Below, one piece after another: positions 48,087 to 57,220 of a DNA stretch of 64,000 bases. The notes under the pieces are model-generated. The model searched no databases. It was not told where the DNA came from and worked only from the letters and a program-made list of their open reading frames with translations. The stretch covers positions 10,137 through 74,136 of the forward strand of contig JAZOMG010000044.1 in NCBI GenBank assembly GCA_045653705.1, given 5' to 3'. Positions within the stretch are counted from its first letter, which is position 1; the number at the start of each line of letters is the position of its first letter. This DNA is from Eubacteriales bacterium (GTDB lineage: Bacteria > Bacillota > Clostridia > Oscillospirales > CAG-272). The position numbers and the translations under genes were made by a program.

Positions 48087-48323
48087 TATAACACCCCCAT
48101 ATCAAATCAAAGTACAGCCCGAATGGGCAAAAATAGTCATTAACAGCAGTATTTTACCACAAACAAAAAGAAAAGTCAATAGTTATTTTAATTTTTTGCC
48201 AACATTTTTGAAAGACGGGCTATTGACAAAGGTGAAAAACATCGTTATAATTAAGTTAGGGGCTGTCACATTTGACTTCTTACTCAAATCTGCCTATCCC
48301 CTACCAAAAAAATTCAGAAAAAT

Positions 48324-48350
48324 TGTAACCTATAAAAAATTACAGCGACT
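48324..48350 (+). promoter_or_regulatory. Probable autoregulatory ECF sigma promoter
   Basis: TGTAAC-N16-CGAC upstream of the ECF sigma gene (AAC/CG pattern). Confidence 0.55.
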
Positions 48351-48404
48351 TATAGGGTGAGGACAGAAAAAAGAACTCTAAAGCCGCAAAGAACGGAGAC
48401 CGTA

Positions 48405-48959
48405 ATGGAAGACTACAAAATCGTTGACCTGTACTGGGAGCGTTCCGAAAACGCAATAAAGGAAACGTCGCTAAAATACGGCAAAATGCTTGGCGGCATA
48501 TCCTATTCTCTGCTTTCGTCAAAGGAAGACGCAGAGGAATGTGTGAATGATACCTATCTCGAAGCGTGGCAAAAAATGCCCGATGACCGCCCCGCCTACC
48601 TTGGGGCGTATCTGGCAAGGATAATACGCTGTATTTCAATAGATAGATTTCGCGCATCCCACAGGCAGAAAAGAGGAGACGCCGCGAGCCTTACCGATGA
48701 GCTTGCCGACTGTATTCCGTCGGGTATGACCCCCGAGGAGGAATACGAAAACGGACGGATAGCTAAGGTGATAAACAATTTCCTTTTCGAGCTTGACGAG
48801 GAAAAACGCCGTATATTCGTCAGACGCTATTTCTATTCCGACAGCGTTTCGGATATAGCGAGCCTTTTGCGTATAAGCACGCCAAAGGTAAAAACCACCC
48901 TGCACAGGCTTCGGGGAGAGCTTAGGGAATATCTTGAAAGCGAGGGCATATTCGTATGA
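48405..48959 (+). CDS. ECF RNA polymerase sigma factor
   Basis: DAEECVNDTYL.AW (region 2); IFVRRYFY.DS...IA...VKT.L.R (region 4). Confidence 0.93.
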   Translation: MEDYKIVDLYWERSENAIKETSLKYGKMLGGISYSLLSSKEDAEECVNDTYLEAWQKMPDDRPAYLGAYLARIIRCISIDRFRASHRQKRGDAASLTDELADCIPSGMTPEEEYENGRIAKVINNFLFELDEEKRRIFVRRYFYSDSVSDIASLLRISTPKVKTTLHRLRGELREYLESEGIFV

Positions 48960-49624
48960 CACAGGAACAAAAACGTATATGCGCGGAACGGCTCTTTGAC
49001 GAGATAGGACTTATCGACGACCGCTTTATAACAGAAGCCGCAAGTCCCTATGCGCCAAAGAAAAGCGTAGGACTTAGGAGATTTCTTGTAGCCGCCATGT
49101 CCGTTACCCTTACACTCTGCGTGTGCGTGGGACTTTTCGCCATCGGTAAGCTTGGACAGAATAAGTCGGATTCCGCCACAGCCCCCGAGAACGGAAACGT
49201 GGACCACAACTACCCATCTGACAGTGGCGAGACCCTATCCACCCTTTCGGGCAGGCTTGACACTCTGCGCGCCGATACAGAGGAGCTAAAGGTCAGCGCC
49301 GAGGACATTCAGCTCTTTGGGGGCGCTCCGTCGGTAATATGGAAGTATTCCGACGAGGAGACCTACCGCGTGTGTCAGATAAGTCAGAGCGAGGCAGAAA
49401 GGCTTGGGCATTTGCTTGAGGAAAATAAGGGTCAGCGTACAGACGGAGAAGCAACCAAGGGCAAGCTTGACGGCGTGTGGATAGCCACAGGCGACGGTCG
49501 GGTTATATCACCCTATCTTGAACAGACCGACGGAAACACGGGCTACGGAGAAATATTTGAGTACTCTCCCGAATACGAGCCGTCAGAGGAGTTTTCACGG
49601 TATCTTTGCGACGTAATTTCTTAA
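48956..49624 (+). CDS. Probable anti-sigma factor
   Basis: ATGA overlap with sigma gene; N-terminal IG.IDDRFI.EA motif, single TM, extracellular domain. Confidence 0.7.
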   Translation: MTQEQKRICAERLFDEIGLIDDRFITEAASPYAPKKSVGLRRFLVAAMSVTLTLCVCVGLFAIGKLGQNKSDSATAPENGNVDHNYPSDSGETLSTLSGRLDTLRADTEELKVSAEDIQLFGGAPSVIWKYSDEETYRVCQISQSEAERLGHLLEENKGQRTDGEATKGKLDGVWIATGDGRVISPYLEQTDGNTGYGEIFEYSPEYEPSEEFSRYLCDVIS

Positions 49625-49642
49625 AGAAAGGATCGTAACGCT

Positions 49643-51193
49643 ATGAAAAACATTAAAATTTTTGCTGTCATTTTATCACTTATTCTCACTATTGCTCTTT
49701 TCGCAAGCTGTAGCGCATCGGATAAAAACATGGACGAGGCGCTTGGCGACTGGGTGGGCGGCTCGCCGAATATGGGAGCGGATAACGAAGCCGCGGCAGA
49801 CGGAACCGATGACGGACTTACCTCGGACAGTCAGCAGACCCTCGCCGAAAATCCCTTTATTGACGCGGCAAGGTCACCCATATCCACCTTTTCCGCTGAC
49901 GTGGACACGGCTTCTTACACCTATTTCCGCAAGCTCGCTTCTCAGGGCTACAGCCTTGAGGGGCTGAAGCAGCAGATAAAGCAAGCTCCTCTCCGTACTG
50001 AGGAAATGATAAATTACTTTGATTATTCCTACACGATGCCTGCCGAGGGCGAGGTGTTCGGCGTACAGACAACGGTAGCCAAAACTCCGTGGAATGATAA
50101 CAGCTATCTGCTTATGCTGGGTCTTGCCACCGAGGCTGTGGAGGAAAAGGGCGCGAATAATCTCGTATTCCTCATTGACGTTTCGGGCTCTATGGCATCT
50201 GCCGATAAACTTCCCCTTTTGAAAAAGGCGTTTTCCAATCTTGTGGCGGCTCTTGACGAAAGAGACGTGGTGTCTATCGTAACCTACTCGGGCAGGGAAG
50301 CGGTAGTCCTTTCGGGCTGTCGCGGCGACCGTGACGAGGAGATAATGAACGCCATAAATTCCCTTGAGGCTAAAGGCTCTACCAACGGCGAGGCGGGAAT
50401 GACTAAGGCATATTCTCTTGCCAAGGATTACTTCATAGAGGGCGGAAATAACCGCATTATTATGGCATCGGACGGTGACCTTAACGTAGGTATTTCCTCG
50501 GAATCCGAGCTTAAAGCTTATATTGAGACTAAGCGTAACGAGGGTATCTTCCTGTCTGTTCTCGGTTTCGGAACGGGCAACTACAAGGATGCAAAGATGA
50601 GCGCGCTGGCTGAAAACGGAAACGGCGTTTATTACTATATAGACGGAGAGCGAGAGGCTGAAAAGGTTCTTGGAACAGACCTGCTTTCCACCCTTTACAC
50701 AGTGGCAAAGGACGTAAAGCTTCAGCTTACCTTTGACAGCGCAACCGTTGCCAAATACAGGCTTATAGGCTATGAGAGCAGAATTCTCAACACCGAGGAT
50801 TTTGAGGACGATACAAAGGACGCGGGAGACGTTGGTGCGGGACATACCGTGACGGTCTGTTATGAGCTTATACTGAATGACACGACGGCAGTAGAGGGAG
50901 AGCCGCGGGATATAGCGACACTCGGGATACGCTGTAAAGCGCCCGATGCCCTTGAAAGCGTACCCTATGAATATCTTATAACCGAGGCGGCTATCACGAA
51001 TGAGCCGAGCGATGATTTTAAATATATCGCGTGCGTTATAGAAACGGCAATGATACTCAACGGAAGCCGATACAACGCGGGTGGCGTTACCCTTGCCGAT
51101 GTTGTCGAGACGCTTTCTGCCTTTGACCTGTCGGCGGACGAATACAAGACCGAATTTCGTTCCATAGTCGAGGGATTGGCTAATTCAAAATAA
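49643..51193 (+). CDS. VWA-domain lipoprotein (YfbK-like)
   Basis: Lipobox FASC; STFSADVDTASY, EEMINYF, MIDAS DVSGS, DGD.NVG, YRLIGYE. Confidence 0.88.
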   Translation: MKNIKIFAVILSLILTIALFASCSASDKNMDEALGDWVGGSPNMGADNEAAADGTDDGLTSDSQQTLAENPFIDAARSPISTFSADVDTASYTYFRKLASQGYSLEGLKQQIKQAPLRTEEMINYFDYSYTMPAEGEVFGVQTTVAKTPWNDNSYLLMLGLATEAVEEKGANNLVFLIDVSGSMASADKLPLLKKAFSNLVAALDERDVVSIVTYSGREAVVLSGCRGDRDEEIMNAINSLEAKGSTNGEAGMTKAYSLAKDYFIEGGNNRIIMASDGDLNVGISSESELKAYIETKRNEGIFLSVLGFGTGNYKDAKMSALAENGNGVYYYIDGEREAEKVLGTDLLSTLYTVAKDVKLQLTFDSATVAKYRLIGYESRILNTEDFEDDTKDAGDVGAGHTVTVCYELILNDTTAVEGEPRDIATLGIRCKAPDALESVPYEYLITEAAITNEPSDDFKYIACVIETAMILNGSRYNAGGVTLADVVETLSAFDLSADEYKTEFRSIVEGLANSK

Positions 51194-51204
51194 GAGCATA
51201 TAAG

Positions 51205-51428
51205 AAGGGGCTGCTTCATTTAGATGCAGAAGTCGTGATTTGGCTCTCGTCGGCGTACAGGTGTACGACAGAGAGCCAAAACGCGGCTAAAAAATACACA
51301 TTAAATTGAAATTCCTAAGAATTTCTACCAAAAACACCGCTTTACTATCATTTTTGATAACAAAGCGGGATTTTTCTCATTATTTATTTTCGTGTATTTT
51401 TGTTCTGCGCTAAATGAAGCAGCCCCTT
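51205..51428. mobile_element. MITE-like element with perfect 19-bp terminal inverted repeats
   Basis: AAGGGGCTGCTTCATTTAG (51205-51223) / CTAAATGAAGCAGCCCCTT (51410-51428); non-coding interior with hairpins. Confidence 0.7.
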
Positions 51429-51442
51429 TTAGTTTGTTCAAA

Positions 51443-52474
51443 TTACAGCGAGCATATAAGCCTTTCAATAGCCACGTAGCCTTGGGGTGACTGCTTCAGG
51501 GCAAGGTCGGCTTCCGAGCAGAGCTCAACGGCGCGCTTCAGCTTCTTCATAGATTTTCCCGCCGCGCCCGATGCGTACAGCTTCGCTTTATATTCGTTCA
51601 TTTTAAGGGTGGTTGCTACGCCCGATGGCGACATACCCTGAGCGCACAGGGCCTTTACCGCCACAAGGTCGCAAACGGTACGCGATACCTCGGACATAAT
51701 GACAACAGGCTCGACACGTCTGAATTTCATAACGCCGAGAGCGTTCATAGCATCCTCGTACCGTCCGTCCACTATGGCGTTGGCAAGAGCAAAGGTGTCG
51801 CTGGATATTTCCGCGATGGATACGTTTTTAATATCTGCCGAGGTAACCTCACGCCTGCCGTTCCATAAAACGTAGTAGGCGAGCTTCTCGGTCTCTGCCG
51901 ACAGGGCAAACATTGACCGACCGCAGTAATTTATAAGCTCGGAGCAGACCGCCGCCGAGGCGGTAACGCCGTTATGCTCAAAGTGCTTTCCGACCCACGA
52001 TACAAGTCTTGCGCCCGAAACAGGCTCAAAATGCACGGGGGTAAGGTGTTGAGATAGCTTTTTGAATATATCCGAGGGCTTTTTGTATATGTTTCCCGTT
52101 TCGAGCTGACCTGCGGGAACAGATATTATAAGTACGTTGTAATCGTATTTTTCAAGCTCACCCAGAGCCTCGCAGAGCCCGTCTACCTCGCTCTGCCTCA
52201 AAGCGTCCACATTAAGACCGCTGACCGTTACTATCTTAAGGTCAGCCATCATAGGCGGGGGGATAAGAGCGTCAAGCAAAGCCGATGCCGAATAATCAAG
52301 GGCGTCTATACGTACGTCGTTGAATATGGCAAAGGTCTCGTCGGAGCATACCGTTTCGCGCGCCGAGCGGAGAGCAAAGCTCTTCATATAGTCCTCGTCA
52401 CCGAAAAAAAGATATCCGCCCGAAAGTCCTTTTTTCAGTTGCTTACGGAAAGCATCCTCTTTTATAATATCCAT
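51443..52474 (-). CDS. holA: DNA polymerase III subunit delta
   Basis: YLFFGDEDY, L..E.EKL..Y, F.L.NAI, D..LK motifs; ~343 aa. Confidence 0.85.
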   Translation of the reverse strand: MDIIKEDAFRKQLKKGLSGGYLFFGDEDYMKSFALRSARETVCSDETFAIFNDVRIDALDYSASALLDALIPPPMMADLKIVTVSGLNVDALRQSEVDGLCEALGELEKYDYNVLIISVPAGQLETGNIYKKPSDIFKKLSQHLTPVHFEPVSGARLVSWVGKHFEHNGVTASAAVCSELINYCGRSMFALSAETEKLAYYVLWNGRREVTSADIKNVSIAEISSDTFALANAIVDGRYEDAMNALGVMKFRRVEPVVIMSEVSRTVCDLVAVKALCAQGMSPSGVATTLKMNEYKAKLYASGAAGKSMKKLKRAVELCSEADLALKQSPQGYVAIERLICSL

Positions 52475-52599
52475 AATATCCCCCTTTGGGTAAAATACTT
52501 CGTACATAAAGATTATATCATATAATCTCTCTAAAATCAAATAAAAATCAATTTTTTTCAAAAAAGTTTAAAGAGATAGGAAAAAAATAAAAAAATATC

Positions 52600-52628
52600 T
52601 TGACAAATCGGGAAAAGTATGGTTTAAT
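52600..52628 (+). promoter_or_regulatory. sigmaA promoter of the rpmH operon
   Basis: TTGACA-N17-TTTAAT with extended TG. Confidence 0.7.
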
Positions 52629-52772
52629 ATAAGATGTCATTGTATAAAAGCGTATTTTTTGGCTGAAAAGCGACACGCTTCCGAGCCATAAGCGTACGAG
52701 TATATCTCGGCTATGGCTATGCCGTTTCGGAGATATTCCGAGATGAAAACAATATTAAGGAGGTGCAAGTAA

Positions 52773-52907
52773 ATGCTCAGAACCTATCAACCTAAAAAGC
52801 GTCAGAGAAAAAAGGAACACGGCTTCAGAAAGAGAATGGCTACTGCTGACGGCAGAAACGTGCTGAAGAGAAGACGCGCTAAGGGCAGAAAAAGACTGAC
52901 CTACTGA
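52773..52907 (+). CDS. rpmH: 50S ribosomal protein L34 (not in ORF track)
   Basis: [44 protein letters not shown]; AAGGAGGTG RBS. Confidence 0.98.
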   Translation: MLRTYQPKKRQRKKEHGFRKRMATADGRNVLKRRRAKGRKRLTY

Positions 52908-53014
52908 TAAGTCTTTTTGGCTTAACATAAAAACCGCCGATGACCTTGAAAACAGATGCTCTGTTTTCCGTGTGCATCGGGGTTTTTGGTATAAGCGAGA
53001 CTTTTAGAGGTAAA

Positions 53015-53413
53015 ATGAAAAATATAGCCATAAAGGAAAATCATCTGTACGTTAAGGCGTACAGAAAGGGTACGCGCTTTGTGGGCAGATACGTGGCGGT
53101 CTACGTTCTTCGTGACCTTGCCGCAAACCGTCTCAAAAAGGAAAACCCGCAAAAGGAAAAGGTTAACCGCGTAGGTCTTGCCGTATCTAAAAAGATAGGC
53201 GGGGCTGTGCAGAGAAACCGCGCCAAGCGCATAATACGCGCCGCATACGACGGTGTGAAGAATGAACTTTCACGAGGATATCTTGTGGTCATAAGCGCAA
53301 GAGAAGCTATTGCGGGACAGAAAAGTCCCGATATAGAAAGGGAACTGCGCTACGGCTTCCGAAAGCTCGGTATGCTTACCCTTGACGATAACAAAACAGA
53401 AGAAAATTTATGA
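53015..53413 (+). CDS. rnpA: Ribonuclease P protein component
   Basis: [21 protein letters not shown] (RNR motif); follows rpmH. Confidence 0.95.
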   Translation: MKNIAIKENHLYVKAYRKGTRFVGRYVAVYVLRDLAANRLKKENPQKEKVNRVGLAVSKKIGGAVQRNRAKRIIRAAYDGVKNELSRGYLVVISAREAIAGQKSPDIERELRYGFRKLGMLTLDDNKTEENL

Positions 53414-53712
53414 AGTATGTTTGCATTCTGCTGATACGTTTTTATCAAAAATTTCTTTCTCCCTTGAAAGGAAGTCCCTGCTGTAGGTTTTATCCTACAT
53501 GCTCTGCCTATGCCTTAGAGGCATTTACAAAACGTGGCTTTTTTGTGGGCTTCGGTCTTACTGTGTGGCGGATATTGCGTTGCAATCCCTTTTGCAGGGG
53601 GGGCTACGACCCTGTACCGCCTAAGAAAATACCGAAATACACAAGGGACGGAGACAGAAAATTACACAAGGACGCGCCTTGTGACAGTGACGAAAAGACC
53701 CGAAACGGGTAA
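53410..53712 (+). CDS. yidD: Membrane protein insertion efficiency factor
   Basis: [31 protein letters not shown]. Confidence 0.95.
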   Translation: MKYVCILLIRFYQKFLSPLKGSPCCRFYPTCSAYALEAFTKRGFFVGFGLTVWRILRCNPFCRGGYDPVPPKKIPKYTRDGDRKLHKDAPCDSDEKTRNG

Positions 53713-53759
53713 ATGATTACGAGAGGAGCTTCCGTATTATTACGGAAAGAGCTTATCAG

Positions 53760-54986
53760 ATGAATTTCGATTTTATTATGATGCCTGTGGCATATATCCT
53801 CAAGTTCTGTAACAAGATAGTGGGAAACCAGTACATTCTGGCGCTTCTTATCTTTGCGGTACTCGTTGAGCTTGTTCTGTTGCCCTTTGGCATCAAACAG
53901 CAAAAGACTTCAATTAAACAGGCGGCGCTGCGTCCTAAGGAAAAGGCTATACGCGACAAATACGCGGGACGTGACGACCAACCAACCAGGCAAAAAATGC
54001 AGCAGGAGATACAGGAGCTGTATCAAAAGGAAGGCTACAACCCTATGAGCGGTTGCTTGCCTATGCTCATTCAGTTTCCTATCATCATTCTGCTTTATAA
54101 CATCGTTATCAATCCCCTAAAGTACGTTTGCGGACTGTCGCAGGAATCCATAACCTCGGCTATCGAGATAGTTAAGGTAATGCGCCCCGACGTATCCGAA
54201 AAGGTAATATCCAACGCGTCAAACACAATAAACCTTATGTCCTATATCAAGGAAATAGGTCTGGAGCATTTTAAGGATATCCCCGGCTTTGCAGAGGATA
54301 TGGTAATGCCTAACCTTTCCTATTTCGGAGTAAATCTGGGATATACTCCCGGCTTTATGTATATGAGCGACAAGATACAGTACCTGCTTCTTATCGTTCC
54401 CGTACTGACCTTCGTTGTTTACTTCTTTAGCATGAAGCTCAACCGCAAGCTGTCCTATCAGCCTCAGATGGACGACCCCCAGATGGGCTGCTCCAATAAG
54501 ATGATGGATATAATGATGCCCCTTTTCTCGGTATATATTACCTTTATAACCCCCGCGGCTATCGGTATATACTGGATATTCAAGAGCATTCTCGGCGTAT
54601 TCAAGCAGTGGATACTCAAAAAGGCAATGCCCATACCCGAGTTCTCCGAAGAGGACTACAAGGCGGCTGTTAAAGAGCTTAACGCACGTCAGGATAAGGC
54701 GTCAGTTAAGAAATCGGGCAAGGTGGTACGTTCACTCCACCATATTGATGACGAGGACTTTGAGGATACCCGCGAAAAGGCACTTAAGCACAAGGAAGCC
54801 CTTGCGGCGCAGGAAGCCGCTGAGGCTGAAGCCCGTGCCAATGCCCCCACTCTTTCCTCTCTCTTTGGCAAATCCTCTGTAAAAAAGGACGAAAAGAAGA
54901 GCAATAAGAGTGAAAAAAAGACCGAGGACACCTCCGACAAAGCCGATGAGGTAAGACCTGCGGGAAAAGACAATAAAGATAACTGA
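53760..54986 (+). CDS. yidC: YidC/Oxa1 membrane protein insertase
   Basis: ELYQKEGYNPMSGCLPMLIQFPI and GIYW motifs; long charged C-tail. Confidence 0.93.
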   Translation: MNFDFIMMPVAYILKFCNKIVGNQYILALLIFAVLVELVLLPFGIKQQKTSIKQAALRPKEKAIRDKYAGRDDQPTRQKMQQEIQELYQKEGYNPMSGCLPMLIQFPIIILLYNIVINPLKYVCGLSQESITSAIEIVKVMRPDVSEKVISNASNTINLMSYIKEIGLEHFKDIPGFAEDMVMPNLSYFGVNLGYTPGFMYMSDKIQYLLLIVPVLTFVVYFFSMKLNRKLSYQPQMDDPQMGCSNKMMDIMMPLFSVYITFITPAAIGIYWIFKSILGVFKQWILKKAMPIPEFSEEDYKAAVKELNARQDKASVKKSGKVVRSLHHIDDEDFEDTREKALKHKEALAAQEAAEAEARANAPTLSSLFGKSSVKKDEKKSNKSEKKTEDTSDKADEVRPAGKDNKDN

Positions 54987-55002
54987 AAACGGAGATAAAA
55001 AA

Positions 55003-55647
55003 GTGAAAAAGGAAGTTATTACGACTGCCAAGACAGTTGATGAGGCGGTAGCTAAGGCAGTTTTGGAGCTTGGAGCTCCCTCTGCCGATAAAATAGAGTA
55101 TACCGTCCTTGAGGAGCCTAAAAAGGGATTTCTCGGAATAGGCGCTACCGATGCCAAGATATCCGCAAGCTACACCTGCGGCGGTGAGGCAAGAGCCCTT
55201 AATTTTGTTAAAAAGCTTCTTTCCGATATGAATATCGATGCGACGGTAACCGTGAGCGACGGTGAAGGCGGCGAGAAGAGATTTACTATCGACGGAGAGG
55301 GCGCGGCTGTTCTTATAGGACACCACGGCGAGACCCTCGACGCGCTCCAGTATCTCGCGAGCCTTGCGGCAAACAAGAGAGTGGACGGAAAGAAAGAGGA
55401 CTACACCAGAATTTCTATTGACGTTGAGGGCTACCGCGCAAAGAGAGAGGAAACTCTCCGCGCCCTTGCGAGAAAGATGGCATCCAAGGTCCTTAAATAC
55501 AAGAAGAGCGTTATGCTCGAGCCTATGAACCCCTATGAAAGAAGAATAATCCATTCCGAAATTCAGGGTATAGAGGGAGTTTCGACTAACTCTATCGGCT
55601 CGGAAAACAACCGTAAAATAGTGATATTCCTCGACTCCGAGGAATAA
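55003..55647 (+). CDS. jag: Jag/EloR/KhpB RNA-binding protein
   Basis: Jag_N (KKGFLGIG), KH (LIGHHGETLDALQ), R3H (ERRIIH). Confidence 0.95.
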   Translation: MKKEVITTAKTVDEAVAKAVLELGAPSADKIEYTVLEEPKKGFLGIGATDAKISASYTCGGEARALNFVKKLLSDMNIDATVTVSDGEGGEKRFTIDGEGAAVLIGHHGETLDALQYLASLAANKRVDGKKEDYTRISIDVEGYRAKREETLRALARKMASKVLKYKKSVMLEPMNPYERRIIHSEIQGIEGVSTNSIGSENNRKIVIFLDSEE

Positions 55648-55651
55648 GAAA

Positions 55652-55691
55652 AGAGCAAGGCTGAGGTCGAGACCTCAGCCTTGCTTTTTTT
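55652..55691. terminator. Bidirectional terminator
   Basis: AGCAAGGCTGAGGTC-GA-GACCTCAGCCTTGCT followed by T-run. Confidence 0.85.
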
Positions 55692-55724
55692 ACTTATTGC
55701 TTGTCACTTATCTATTATTACTTA

Positions 55725-55820
55725 TCAGCCGCCGCAGCCGCAGCAGAATATTACGATAAGGGCGATGATAATAAGCCAGAGCCAGTTATTATCGAAAAGA
55801 TTGCAAAGACAGTTGTTCAT
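55725..55820 (-). CDS. 31-aa Cys-rich hydrophobic peptide, probable small sporulation protein (not in ORF track)
   Basis: MNNCLCNLFDNNWLWLIIIALIVIFCCGCGG*; GGAGG RBS; own promoter-like motif and terminator. Confidence 0.75.
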   Translation of the reverse strand: MNNCLCNLFDNNWLWLIIIALIVIFCCGCGG

Positions 55821-55863
55821 AAGAAGTCCTCCATATATATTGTCGGGGTCAGCCCCTCGATAT

Positions 55864-55893
55864 TATACTATGTCAGATCCTCTTTTTTGGTTA
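55864..55893 (-). promoter_or_regulatory. sigmaK/sigmaE-like promoter for the 31-aa peptide
   Basis: Minus strand AC-N17-CATAGTATA. Confidence 0.55.
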
Positions 55894-55898
55894 CAGCT

Positions 55899-56963
55899 TT
55901 AGCAAATATGGTCGTCGATGGAAACTACCTCGCCAAGCTCATCGGAGCGGAATGCCGCTTCCATTATCTTCATAACTCTCATAAGCTGGTCGTGAGTAAC
56001 TATCTGGGATTCCTTTCCGTCGATAGCCGCGCATACGTTGCGGTAGAAATCGTGTACGTCGGATTCAGGACTTGGTATGAAGCTTTCGGCTATGGTGTTC
56101 TTATCTCTGGGCGCCATAGTCTTTGTAAGTCCTGCGGCGGTAACTACGGGAACTACGTTCTTTTCGTCCCAGTTTTTGCAGGAAACTATCTTACAGTCGC
56201 TCTTCCAGCCCTCAATAAGGGCGCTTCCGTTGCTACCCGCCATATAATATCTGGGAAGCGAGATGAAGTGGGAAGTGCCTACCTCGATGCGGGCGGTAAG
56301 GTCGCCCTCAAAGTAAAGGTCAAGCTTAAAGCCGTCGTCTACCTCGTAGTTGGTTATATGGTCGCAACGGCAGTATACCTTTTCAACCTTTTTGTCATTA
56401 ACTATAAGCAGCATCTGGTCGATAAGGTGAACACCCCAGTCGAGTATCATTCCGCCGCCGTGCTCCTTTTTTCCTCTCCAGTCACCGGGGATACCGCGAG
56501 AGCCCTGAACTCTCGATTCGATACCGAACACGTCACCGAGCTCGCCCGATGCGTATACCTGCTTCATGAGAAGAAAATCTCTGTCCCATCTGCGATTCTG
56601 GTGAACTGTAAAGAGCTTACCTGTACGCTTCGATGCGTCTATCATATTTTGAAGAAGCTCTGAGCTCATAGTTACGGGTTTTTCGGAAATAACGTGCTTT
56701 CCCGCTTCCATAGCCTTTATAGCCATAGGCTCGTGAAGCTCGTTGGGAACGGCAAGAGTAACAATCTCTACGCTCTCATCGGCAACTACCTCGTCTATGC
56801 TGTCATATACCTTTATGCCGTTTTCACGGGCAAGGGATTTTCTTTTTTCACAGATATCGCAAATGCCCACAAGCTCACATACGTCGCTTTCAAGCAGGTG
56901 CTTTACGTGCCAACCGCCCATTCCGCCGTATCCGACGACAACAATTTTCTTCTTACCAGACAT
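55899..56963 (-). CDS. Gfo/Idh/MocA family oxidoreductase
   Basis: GYGGMG, EKP, HQNRRWD, GGG.ILDWGVHLID motifs. Confidence 0.92.
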   Translation of the reverse strand: MSGKKKIVVVGYGGMGGWHVKHLLESDVCELVGICDICEKRKSLARENGIKVYDSIDEVVADESVEIVTLAVPNELHEPMAIKAMEAGKHVISEKPVTMSSELLQNMIDASKRTGKLFTVHQNRRWDRDFLLMKQVYASGELGDVFGIESRVQGSRGIPGDWRGKKEHGGGMILDWGVHLIDQMLLIVNDKKVEKVYCRCDHITNYEVDDGFKLDLYFEGDLTARIEVGTSHFISLPRYYMAGSNGSALIEGWKSDCKIVSCKNWDEKNVVPVVTAAGLTKTMAPRDKNTIAESFIPSPESDVHDFYRNVCAAIDGKESQIVTHDQLMRVMKIMEAAFRSDELGEVVSIDDHIC

Positions 56964-57220
56964 AATAAATTCCTTTCGCGTAATACCGCCCAATAGGGGG
57001 CGGTTATTGTTAAACACATTATAAGACAAATCGTCTATGATTTCAAGTCAAAAAGGAGTTCGAATGAGACAAATATTGCTCATTTTGCATTTTTTAGTAA
57101 AATAAGCGGTAATTTTTTCAAAAACAGAGCCTCTTTCAAAAAAATTTACGGAAATCTATTGAGAAAAAGGCAAAAATATTATATAATGTATGTATATTTG
57201 TAAGAAATACGGAGTAAAAG

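Noticed and set aside
52475-52772. oriC next to rpmH
   Set aside because: No dnaA gene and no DnaA-box cluster visible
55725-55820. RiPP (ranthipeptide/sactipeptide) precursor
   Set aside because: No adjacent radical SAM/SPASM maturase or transporter, and the hydrophobic core fits a membrane or spore peptide better
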